DNA from: Mobula hypostoma
Taxonomy: Eukaryota
DNA length: 64,000 bases
NCBI RefSeq assembly: GCF_963921235.1
Contig: NC_086097.1
Coordinates: 205,842,001-205,906,000, forward strand
Direction: 5' to 3'
Shown here: one piece after another, positions 14,531 to 25,098 of the stretch
Numbering within the stretch: position 1 is the first letter of the stretch
Layout: every line of letters begins with the position of its first letter
Program-made: the position numbers and the translations under genes
Notes under the pieces: model-generated
Told to the model about the DNA's origin: nothing
The model's database searches: none
The model's input: the letters and a program-made list of their open reading frames with translations, nothing else

Positions 14531-17500
14531 TAACCCCACCACAGAACCGGCGATACCTCCCCCAATGTCCACAGTCTGTATCGGCCTCTGTTTGGGAGCT
14601 CTGCCCCTGCGCCGCGGTGCCTGAGTCTGGACCGGCTGCGCCAAGTCCACATGGGCCGGTTTGAGTCGGTCCACTGTGAAAACCTCCTCTCTCCCCCCAA
14701 TGTCCAGCACGAACGTGGACCCGTTGTTCCTGATCACCTTAAACGGCCCCTCGTAGGGCCGCTGTAGCAGAGCCCGGTGTCCGCCCTGTCGTACAAAAAG
14801 AAACTTACAGTTCTGCAGGTCTTTGGGTACGCAGGTAGGGCTCTGCCCATGCTGTGAAGTGGGGATGGGGGCCAGGTTACCGAGCCTCTCCCGTTGTCTG
14901 TCCAGGACTGCTGTGGGTTCTTCCTCTTGCACCCTTGAGGCTGGTATGAACTCTCCTGGGACGACTAGGGATGCGCCGTACACCAGCTCGGCCGAAGAGG
15001 TGTGCAGATCCTCTTTGGGCGCCATGCGGATTCCGAGCAGGACCCAGGGAAGTTCGTCCACCCAGTTAGGCCCCTCCAGGCGGGCCATGAGAGCCGACTT
15101 CAGGTGACGGTGGAAACGCTCCACTAGTCCATTAGACTGTGGGTGGTAGGCAGTTGTGTGGTGTAGCTGTGATCCTAAAAGGTTGGCCATAGCCGACCAC
15201 AGGCTGGAGGTGAACTGGGCGTCCCTGTCGGAGGTAATGTGGGCCGGTACCCCGAAGCGGGCTACCCAAGTTGCGATCAGTGCTCGGGCGCAGGATTCAG
15301 AGGTGGTGTCGGTGAGCGGGACTGCCTCTGGCCATCTGGTGAACCGGTCTATCATAGTTAGGAGGTACCGCGCTCCTCATGACACTGGCAGGGGCCCCAC
15401 AATATCCACATGGATGTGGTCGAACCTCCGGCGGGTGGGTTCGAACCGCTGCGGCGGAGCCTTGGTGTGCCGCTGCACCTTGGCCGTTTGGCACTGCATG
15501 CACGTTTTGGCCCATTCACTGACCTGTTTACGCAGCCCACGCCACATGAACCTGTTGGCGACCAGCCGGACGGTTGTCCTGATGGAGGGGTGCGTTAAGT
15601 TGTGAATGGACTCGAAAACCCGCCGGCACCAGGCTGCTGGGACGATGGGGCGGGGTTGGCCGGTAGCTACGTCACATAGTAGGGTCCTCTCACCTGGTCC
15701 TACGGGGAGGTCTTGGAGCTATAAACCGGAGACTGCAGTCCTGTAACTGGGGATCTCAGCGTCTGCCTGCTGTGCCTCTGCCAGTGCTGCATAGTCTACC
15801 CCCTGGGACAGGGCCTGTATGGTAGGTCTGGATAGTGCGTCCGCCACGACGTTGTCCTTTCCAGAGACATGCCGGATGTCTGTCGTGTACTTGGAGATGT
15901 AGGACAGATGTCGCTGCTGGCGGGACGACCAGGGGTCGGACACCTTCATGAACGCAAAGATAGGCGGTTTGTGGTCTGTGAACGCGGTGAAGGGCCTACC
16001 TTCTCAGAAGTACCTGAAATGCCGGATTGCCAGGTATAGTGCCAATAGCTCCCAGTTGAAAGCACTGTATTTGAGTTCAGGTGGTCGTAGGTGTTTGCTG
16101 AAGAACGTCGGGGGTTGCCAGCGACCCTCGATGAGTTGTTCCAGCACTCCACCGACTGCTGTGTTGGATGCGTCCACCGTGAGGGCAGTAGGAACGTCCG
16201 TTCTGGGGTGCACTAGCATCGTGGCGTTTGCCAAGGCTTCTTTGGTTTTACCGAAAGCGGTTGCGGCCTCTTCGTCCCAGGTAATGTCCTTGCCCTTACC
16301 CGACATTGGAGTGAACAGGGGGCGCATGGTTCGGGCTGCTGAGGGGAGGAAACGGTGGTAGAAATTCACCATACCCACGAATTCCTGCAGGACTTTGATT
16401 GTGTTGGGTCGGGGGAAGTTGCGGACCGCGTCTACCTTGGCGGGCAGCGGGGTTGCCCCATCTTTAGTAATCCTGTGGCCCAGGAAGTCAATGGTGTCGA
16501 GTCCGAACTGGCATTTGGCTGGATTGATTGTAAGGCCGAGTTCGCTCAGGCGGGAGTAGAGCTGGCGGAGGTGGGACAGATGCTCCTGCCGACTACTGCT
16601 TGCTATGAGGATGTCGTCCAAATAGATGAATGCAAAGTCCAGGTCGCGTCCCACCGCGTCCATTAGCCGCTGGAAAGTCTGTGCGGCATTCTTTAGACCA
16701 AACGGCATTCGGAGGAATTCGAAAAGTCCGAACGGGATGGTAAGTGCTGTTTTGGGGATGTCATCCGGATGTACAGGGACTTGATGGTATCCCCGGACGA
16801 GGTCTACCTTGGAAAAGATCCTTGAGCCGTGTAGGTTTGCTGCGAAGTCTTGAATGTGCGGCACAGGGTAGCGGTCTGGCGTTGTAGCCTCGTTCAGTCT
16901 GCGGTAGTCACCGCATGGTCTCCAGCCCCCCCCGTTGCCTTGGGCACCATGTGAAGGGCGGAAGCCCATAGGCTGTCGGACCGTCGTATGATCCCCAATT
17001 CCTCCATCTTCTTGAACTCCTCCTTCACCAGTCGGAGTTTGTCTTGGGGAAGCCTTCGAGCACGGGCGTGGAGGAGTGGTCCCTAGGTCGGGATGTGGTG
17101 CTGTACTCCGTGTCTGGGCATGGCTGCCATAAACTGCGGTGTCAGCACTGATGGGAAATCCGCCAGGACCCTGGTGAATTCGTCATCGGACAGGGTGATG
17201 GAGTCCAGGTGTGGGGCTGGCAACTGTGCTTCACCCAGGGAGAACATTTGAAAAGTCTTGGCGTGGACTAATCGCTTTCCTTGCAGGTCGACTAGCAGGC
17301 TGTGGGCTCGTAGAAAATCCGCCCCCAGCAGTGGCTGGGCCACGGCGGCCAGTGTGAAGTCCCACTTGAACCGACTGGAGCTGAACTGTAGCCGCACTGT
17401 GCGGGTGCCTTAGGTTCGTATTGTGCTGCCATTTGCGGCCCTCAGGGTGGGTCCGGGTTCTCTGTTGCGGGTGTCGTAACTCGTTGGAGGTAAGACGCTG

Positions 17501-17620
17501 ATCTCCGCTCCGGTGTCGACCAAAAAGCGGCATCCCGACTGCTTGTCCCAGACGTACAGGAGGCTGTCCTGATGGCCAGCCGCCATAGCCATCAGCGGCG
17601 GCTGGCCCTGGTGTTTCCTG
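14531..17620 (-). pseudogene. Gypsy pol (protease, RT, RNase H, integrase), disrupted
   Basis: [89 protein letters not shown]; several stops and frameshifts. Confidence 0.93.
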
Positions 17621-18297
17621 GGAATTTGCAGGGTGGTCTGCAGCGGCGGGCCTCTGTGCCCCACCGCTGGTGGTAGAAACACCGTTGTTTGTTGGGCTCC
17701 TCACTCCCGTCGCCGGGTTTTGTAGGCTCTGCTGCCGGGCCTGGTCTGGTCTGTCATTGGGCACGCGGCTTGGTGATCTGTGCGACGGGCGCCCCTCTCT
17801 CTTTCCTGGCATTCCACAGTGCATCTGCTCGGGCCGCCACCTCCCGGGGGTTGCTGAAATCTGCGTCAGACAGCAGCAGGCATATGTCCTCGGGCAGTTG
17901 CTCTAGGAACGCCTGCTCAAACATGAGGCAGGGTTTGTGTCCTTCAGCCAGGGCCAGCATCTCGTTCATTAATGCTGATGGCGGCCTGTTTCCCAAACCA
18001 TCCAGGTGCATTAAGCGGCGTGCTCGTTCGCGTCGTGAGAGTCCGAAAGTCCTTATGAGCAGGGCTTTGAATGCTGTGTATTTGCCGTCCTCCAGGGGCG
18101 ACTGTATAAACTCCTCAACTTGCGCAGTTGTCTCCTGGTCGAGTGAGCTCAGCACGTAATAGTAGTGAGTGGACTCCGAGGTTATCTGCCGAATGTGGAA
18201 TTGAACTTCTGCTTGTTCAAACCATAAATGGGGTCGTAGCGTCCAGAAGCTTGGCAGTTTTAACAAAACTGCGTGAACAGATGCGGCCTTCGGTCAT
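17592..18297 (-). pseudogene. Gypsy gag
   Basis: LKLPSFWTLRPHLWFEQAEVQF...; C-terminal CFYHQRWGTEARRCRPPC (CX2HX9CX3C); premature stop at 17754 and a frameshift near the start. Confidence 0.85.
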
Positions 18298-18321
18298 CTC
18301 TGGTCCAAATATCGTTTGGGC

Positions 18322-18335
18322 CGTCGGGGTCACCA
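18322..18335 (-). promoter_or_regulatory. Primer-binding site complementary to the tRNA-Trp 3' end
   Basis: Plus strand CGTCGGGGTCACCA equals the 3' terminus of vertebrate tRNA-Trp; lies 2 nt from the 5' LTR. Confidence 0.88.
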
Positions 18336-18337
18336 AT

Positions 18338-18623
18338 TGTGGCGATGTGCTACACACAGCGCTAGAATAACCACACGGAGTCGGTAAGTTAGAGTTGCGA
18401 TGAAAGAGATTTATTCAAACTTCGCGGCCTGCTTTAAAGCCTTCCCGTCCCCGCCCTCCCTGGGGCGGGATTGCTGTGGGGAATGCATATTCCCAGACCC
18501 TTTCCGCACGCGGGATTTTCCCCCTGCTAGTGAAGATGGCCTGGCGCGCTTTTTGGGGCCGGCCCTCTGCCTGCGCGCGCTGTTGTGAGCCGGTTCGTGT
18601 GTGCCAGAAAGTGGGTCACCACA
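18338..18623 (-). repeat. Gypsy 5' LTR (286 bp)
   Basis: TGTGG...CCACA termini; minus-strand AATAAA near 18410. Confidence 0.95.
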
Positions 18624-18938
18624 CTACTTTGCATTCCTTTGGACCACATCTGCGAGGCCGAGAGGGGGATCTTGATGTCTGGGCAGCCCAGGATCTCCAT
18701 ATTCATCGCCCAGGTCTGCGTCCTGGAGCCGGGCGCATCCATTGTCTACTTAGACAGATGGAGCATTTAATTAATTAATTAGGTTGGGAGAACTGTGAGG
18801 GCCATGGCAAAACCTTCAGCTTATGCCTCTTGAGGTAGTCCATTGTACATTTTGAGGTGTGTTTAGGATCATTATCCTGTTGTAGAAGACATCCTCTTTT
18901 CATCTTCAGCTTTTTTACAGACAGTGTGATGTTTGCTT

Positions 18939-21900
18939 ATAGAGCGCAGAGCTGATATAGGTCCACTGTTGTTCCATGGTGCTTTCTGAGCTCAGACAAG
19001 TTTCCAACTCCCTTAGTTTCTCAGCTAGGATGCGTCAAAACTCACTTCTTGCTTCTGTGTTTCTCAGGCGGTTGCAAATTAGCCACTTTTTATTGAGTTT
19101 TTGTAGCCGCAAGGGGGGACGCACTTTCATATGGAGCTTGGCCACAATCATACGGTGGTCAGTCCAGCACTCTGCACCTCTCATGGCATGGATGATAAGA
19201 ACATCCTTGATGTCCCTACATCTCACAATGATGAAGTCGATCATGTGCCAATGTTTAGAGCGAAGGTGCGTACACAAGGTCTTATATTTTGCCTTCTGCT
19301 GGAAGATGGTGTTGGTTATGGTAAGGTTATGCTCAGAGCAAAGAGTAAGTAGCCTCATGCCATTTGCATTCACCTTGCCAATACCATGCCTACCTAGCAC
19401 TCCACTCCATATCCTGTTGTTCTGTACCACCCTAGCGTTGAAGTCCCCAAGCAAAAGGATCTTATCATTCATCAGGATCCGGCAAAGAGCTTCATCTGAC
19501 ATCTGATAAAAGCTTTCCTTGGCCTCATTCTTAGATGGCAAAGTTGGTGCATAGGCACTGAGAAACATGGCATAACGTTTCTTTGCCAGGGGGATATGGA
19601 GGATCATTAGTCTTTCACTAATACCAACAGGTGTTTCTGTGAGACTTGGTAGAAAGGGGTTCTTGATGGCCAAGCCTACACCATGGAGATGTTGTCCACC
19701 TGGGCAGGAAGCTTTCCAGAAGAAGGTGTAACCCATCCCTTCCTCTGTTAAAGAGCCTTCTTCCAGGAGCTTGGTCTCACTCCCAATCCATCGGCCATAA
19801 GAGCAGAAACCACCAAGACTGATTTGACAATAACTCAGACACCAACCACAACTTGCTTAAGGACATGCACAAAGCACATTGGGCAACTTTAGACAACCTT
19901 TCATCCACCAGCATCAGGCAGCATTGGCAGGCAGCTCGGAGGAAAGAGCAAAAGGCAATACAGGCCATACAAAATGAGCAGTGGAGTGAAAAGGCACATG
20001 AAATCCAGTCCTTTGCCGATAATAATGACATGCATAATTTTTACAATGCTGTCAAAATCATCTACAGCCCAATAAATTGATACATTAGTCCCCTGAAAAC
20101 AGCAGATGGTCTAACATTTCTGAAGAATCAGAATACCATTCTACTGAGCTGAGCTGAGCATTTTAACACCCTGCTTAATCAAGACTCTGACGCAGACCCC
20201 ACCATCCTGGACGAACTGCCTGAACTTCCTCCTATCTATGACCTCAGTCTACCACCAAACTTCCAGGAGGTTCTATCAGCTGTCTATTCCCTTAAGAACA
20301 ACAAGTCCCCTGGCACTGACAGTATCCCTGCTGAGCTACTGAAGAATGGAGAGTACATGTGTATGCGCACCCTCTACCAGTACATCACCAAGGCCTGCAC
20401 TGGTGAGAACATCCCACAGCAATGGAGAAATGCAAACATCGTTGTCATTTATAAGAACAAGGGTGACAAGGCCATCTGCGGCAATAGTAGGGGTATATCA
20501 CTCCTTTCTGTTGCTGGAAAGGTCCTGACTAAGGTGATGCTTCAGAGACTCATTAGCAACATCTCCAAGTCAATGCTGCCTGAATCGCAGTGTGGATTTA
20601 GGAAGAACAGGAGCACGATCAACATGATCTTTACAGCCCGGCAGCTTCAGCAAAAGTGCCGGGAGCAACATCAGGATCTATTTATGGCCTTTGTCAACCT
20701 CTCCAAAGCATTCAACACTGTGCAAAGAGAGCTCTTATAGGATGTCCTCCTTAGGTTTGGCTGTCCCAATAAATTTGTTAACATCCTCCACTAGTTCTAC
20801 GATGGGATGACTGCTCAGGTGACCATAGCAGAACAAGAGTCTGAGTCATTCCTTGTACGCACAGGGGTGAGGCAGGGGTGTGTACTAGCACCATTGCTCT
20901 TTAACATCTTCCTCTTGTGTGTTACCAAGCTTCTCCACAATGAGATTGAAGACAGCAGCGGTGTGGTAGTGGACGTCAGATTGGATGGCAGCCTCTTTGA
21001 CATCAGGAGGCTACACACAACCACCAAACTCCATAGAGAGCAGATCCTGGAGCTGCAGTATGCAGACGACTGTGCTCTTGTGGCCCATTCTCCGTAGGAT
21101 CTTCAGACTGTCCTTGCTGTGGCAGTGAGAGCGTACAGTAGGATGGGGCTGACTGTCAATACCACCAAGAGAGAAGTGGTTTGCCAATGGAGTACCAGTG
21201 TCCCACCCACTCTACCTGCCTTCACTGTTGGTGATGAAAAGCTGTCAGTAGTGCCATCTTTCAAATATCTGGGGAGCATTCTCTCTGAGGATAGCGGCAT
21301 TGACAACGACATCCAGAGCCGCATTAAATAGGCATCAGCTACCTTTGGGAGATTTCAGTGTAGAGTCCTTCAGAACAGGAGCCTTCGTCCCTCCACAAAG
21401 GTCGCCATATACCAAGTGGTCTGTGTCACCACCCTCCTTTACAGCTGTGAAGATTGGGTAACCAACAGCCGTCACATCAAGTCCTTGGAGCGCTTCCACA
21501 TAAGCTGCCTCCAGTGCATCCTGGGAATTACCTGGCGTGAGCGGGTGCCTCACACTGAAATACTTGTGAAGACCAACTGCAGAAGTATTGAGGCCATGAT
21601 CACCCAGCGTCAGCTGCAGTGGCTGGGGTACGTGATAAGGATGCCCCCATGTCGGCTACCCTGCAGAGTGTCACATGGCCAGCTACATCATGGTCGACAC
21701 TCAGCTGGAAGGCTGAAGAAGCGCTATAAGGATCAGATAAAGAATGCCTTAAGGAAGTGCAAGATCAGACCCGGGGACCTGGAGGAGTTTGCTGCTGACC
21801 GTACCACTTGGCGATAGCTGTGTAGGGACAGGGTTCGTATTCTGGAGATGGAAAGAACAACCAGAAGACGGCAGGAGAGAGCCAGGAGAAATGCAGCCAT

Positions 21901-22047
21901 GGTTGCCACCACCACTGCTACATATACATGTCCCACCTGCAATAGAGCTTGTGGATCCGGGATAGGACTGTATAGTCATCAAAGATCTCACCATTAAAGG
22001 AGTGGACATCGTCATCGGATTTCGATGGACAACCAAAGAGAGAGAAA
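18939..22047 (+). mobile_element. RTE-clade LINE with inverted 5' segment (18939-~19780 minus, ~19781-22047 plus)
   Basis: 11-bp TSD GATGTTTGCTT (18928-18938, 22048-22058); endonuclease on minus (SAYAPTL, GDFNARV, WTDH); RT on plus (ESQCGFR, GVRQGCVLAP, QYADD); C-terminal CPTC..H..H; AG-rich tail. Confidence 0.93.
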
Positions 22048-23300
22048 GATGTTTGCTTCCAGAATATGCTGGTATTTAATTGAATTCATTCTTCCACCAG
22101 CGAAATGTTCCCCGTGCCACTGGTTACAACAGAAGCCCAAAGCATGATCGATCCACCCCCATGCTTAACAGTGGGAGAGGTGTTCTTTTCATGAAATTCT
22201 GCACCCTTTTTTTTCCAAACATACCTTTGCTCATTGTGGCCAAAAAGTTTTATTTTAACTTCATCAGTTCACAGGACTTGTTTCCAAAATGCATCAGGCT
22301 TGTTTAGATGTTCCTTCACAAACTTCTGATGCTGAGTTTTGCGGTGAGGACGCAGGAAAGGTTTTCTTCTGATGACTCTTCCATTAAGGTCATATTTGTG
22401 CAGGTGTCGCTGCACAGTAGAACAGTGCACCACCACTCCAGAGTCTGCTAAATCTTCCTGAAGGTCTTTTGCAGTCAAACAGGGCTTTTGATTTGTCTTT
22501 CTAATAATCCTATGAGCAGTTCTCTTGGAAAGTTTTCTTGGTCTTCCAGACCTCAACTTGACCTCTACCATTCCTGTTAACTGCCATTTATTAATTACAT
22601 TACGAACTGAGGAAACGGCTACCTGAAAACACTTTGCTATCTTCTTATAGCCTTCTCCTGCTTTGTGGGCATCATCTATTTTAATTTTCAGAGTGCTAGG
22701 CAGCTGCTTAGAGGATCCCATGGCTGCTGATTGTTGGGACAAGGTTTTGAGGAGTCAGGGTATTTATAAAGCTTTGAAATTTGCATCACCTGGCCTTTCC
22801 TAATGATGACTGTGAACAAGCCACAACACTAACAAGCTATTTAAGGTCTGAGACCTTGGTAAAAGTTATCGGAGAGCTCAAATCTCTTGGGTGCCCAAAC
22901 TTTTGCATGGTGTTCCTTTCCTTTTTTTCCACTCTAAAATTGTACAAAACAAAAATAATACACTAATCTTGCTTAAAATGTTGAAAAGAATGTTTTATCT
23001 TTAACTTTATGACTTTTGGACATCAGGTCATCTTCGTGACACTTCTCACGCTCTTAAACTTTTCAATGATTTTAAGTTCCCTGGCCCCCACCGCTTTATT
23101 TTCACCATGGAAACCACACCATCACCGACTTTATCCGCTCAGGGGATCTCCCATCCACTGCTACCAACCTTATAGTTCCCACACCCCGCACTTCCCGTTT
23201 CTACCTCCTACCCAAGATCCACAAACCTGCCTGTCCTGGCAGACCTATTGTCTCAGTTTGCTCCTGCCCCACTGAACTCGTTTCTGCATACCTCAACCCG

Positions 23301-24756
23301 GTGTTCTCCCCCCTTGTTCAATGCCTTCCTATCTATGTTCGTGACACTTCTCACGCTCTTAAACTTTTCGATGATTTTAAGTTCCCTGGCCTCCACCGCT
23401 TTATTTTCATCATGGATGTCCAGATCCTATATACTTACATCCCCCATCAGGAAGGTCTCAAAGCTCTCCGCTTCTTTTTGGATTCCATACCTAATCAGTT
23501 CCCCTCTACCACCACTCTGCTCCATCTAGCGGAATTAGTCCTTACTCTTAATAATTTCTCCTTTGGCTCCTCCCACTTCCTCCAAACTAAAGGTGTAGCT
23601 ATGGGCACCCGTATGGGTCCTAGCTATGCCTGTCTTTTTGTTGGGTTTGTGGAACAATCTATGTTCCGTGCCTATTCTGGTATCTGTCCCCCACTTTTCC
23701 TTCGCTACATTGACGACTGCATTGGTGCTGCTTCCTGCACGCATGCTGAGCTCATTGACTTCATTAACTTTGCCTCCAACTTTCACCCTGCCCTCAAGTT
23801 TACCTGGTCCATTTCCGACACCTCCCTCCCTTTTCTAGATCTTTCTGTCTCTATCTCTGGAGACAGCTTATCTACTGATATCTACTATAAGCCTACTGAC
23901 TCTCACAGCTATCTGGACTATTCCACTTCTCACCCTGTCTCTTGCAAAAATGCTATCCCCTTCTCGCAATTCCTCCCTCTACGCCGCATCTGCTCTCAGG
24001 ATGAGGCTTTTCATTCCAGGATGAGGGAGACGTCCTCCTTTTTTAAAGAAAGGGGCTTCCCTTCCTCCACCATCAACTCTGCTCTCAAATGCATCTCCCC
24101 CATTTCACGCACATCTGCTCTCACTCCATCCTCCCGTCACCCCACTAGGAATAGGGTTCCCCTGGTCCTCACCTACCATCCCACCAGCCTCCGGGTCCAA
24201 CATATTATTCTCCGTAACTTCCGCCACCTCCAACGGGATCCCACCACTAAGCACATCTTTCCCTCCCCCCCCTCTGCTTTCCGCAGGGATCGCTCCCTAC
24301 GCGACTCCTTTGTTCATTCGTCCCCCCCATCCCTCCCCACTGATCTCCCTCCTGGCACTTATCCTTGTAAGCGGAACAAGTGCTACACATGCCCTTACCA
24401 CCATTCAGGGCCCCAGACAGTTCTTCCAGGTGAGGCAACACTTCACCTGTGAGTCGGCTGGGGTAATATACTGCGTCCGGTACTCCCGATGTGGCCTTCT
24501 ATGTACTGGCGAGACCCGACGCAGACTGGGAGATCGTTTTGCTGAACACCCACGCTCTGTCCGCCAGAGAAAGCAGGATCTCCCAGTGGCCACACATTTT
24601 AATTCCACATCCCATTCCCATTCTGATATGTCTATCCACGGCCTCCTCTACTGTAAAGATGAAGCCACACTCAAGTTGGAGGAACAACACCTTATATTCC
24701 GTCTGGGTAGCCTCCAACCTGATGGCATGAACATTGACTTCTCTAACTTCTGCTAA
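23301..24756 (+). pseudogene. Penelope RT plus GIY-YIG endonuclease (frameshifted near 24400)
   Basis: ORFs 23301-24452 and 24310-24756. Confidence 0.88.
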
Positions 24757-25060
24757 TGCCCCACCTCTGGCTCGTACCCCGTCTGTTATTTATATACATA
24801 CATTATTTCTCTCTCTCTCTCTCTCTCTCCTTTTTCTCCCTCTGCCCCTCTCACTATACCCCTTGCCCATCCTCTGGGTTTATCCCCCCTCCCCCTTTTC
24901 CTTCTCCCCAGACCTCCTGTCCCATGATCCTCTCACATCCCCTTTGCCAATCACCCGTCCAGCTCTTGGCTCCATCCCTTCCCCTCCTGTCTTCTCCTGT
25001 CATTTTGGATCTCCCCCTCCCCCTCCCACTTTCAAATCTCTTACTATCTCTTCTTTCAGT

Positions 25061-25098
25061 TAGTCCTGACAAAGGGTCTCGGCCTGGAACGTCGACTG
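25061..25098 (+). ncRNA. Minimal type I hammerhead ribozyme motif, core mutated
   Basis: TAGTC-CTGACAA-AGGGTCTCGGCCT-GGAA-CGTC-GACTG; stem I intact; core deviates from CUGANGA and GAAA. Confidence 0.65.

Larger units (their letters stand above)
14260..18623 (-). mobile_element. Full-length Ty3/Gypsy LTR retrotransposon, CsRn1-like, mutationally inactivated
   Basis: TG...CA LTRs; 4-bp TSD CTAC (14256-14259, 18624-18627); tRNA-Trp primer site; purine tract next to the 3' LTR; domain order gag-PR-RT-RH-IN. Confidence 0.95.
13997..18778 (+). mobile_element. ~420 bp non-coding RTE-related SINE-like element (13997-14259 plus 18628-18778) hosting the Gypsy element
   Basis: TSD TTAGGTTGGGRG at 13985-13996 and 18779-18790; (TTAA)n tail; motif ctgccttg...gagtaaaccct...aaatcc shared with the element at 62165-62687; RTE assignment is from recognition of the 5' UTR motif. 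Confidence 0.7.
13787..22721 (-). pseudogene. Tc1 DD34E-type transposase, split into three pieces
   Basis: ATG at 22721 (MGSSKQL...GEGYKKIAK...GRPRKLS); TDE after a premature stop at 22269; KHGGGSIM; QQDNDPKH..WPSQ in 18791-18938; IENVW...KGGATKY stop at 13787. Confidence 0.92.

Noticed and set aside
18322..18335. tRNA-Trp gene
   Set aside because: Only the 3'-terminal 14 nt including CCA, next to an LTR; it is a primer-binding site
14823..18370. Plus-strand ORFs of 60-160 aa across the Gypsy element
   Set aside because: Antisense shadows of GC-rich gag and pol; no motifs
14260..18623. Endogenous retrovirus
   Set aside because: No env ORF between integrase and the 3' LTR, and the motifs are Ty3/Gypsy type
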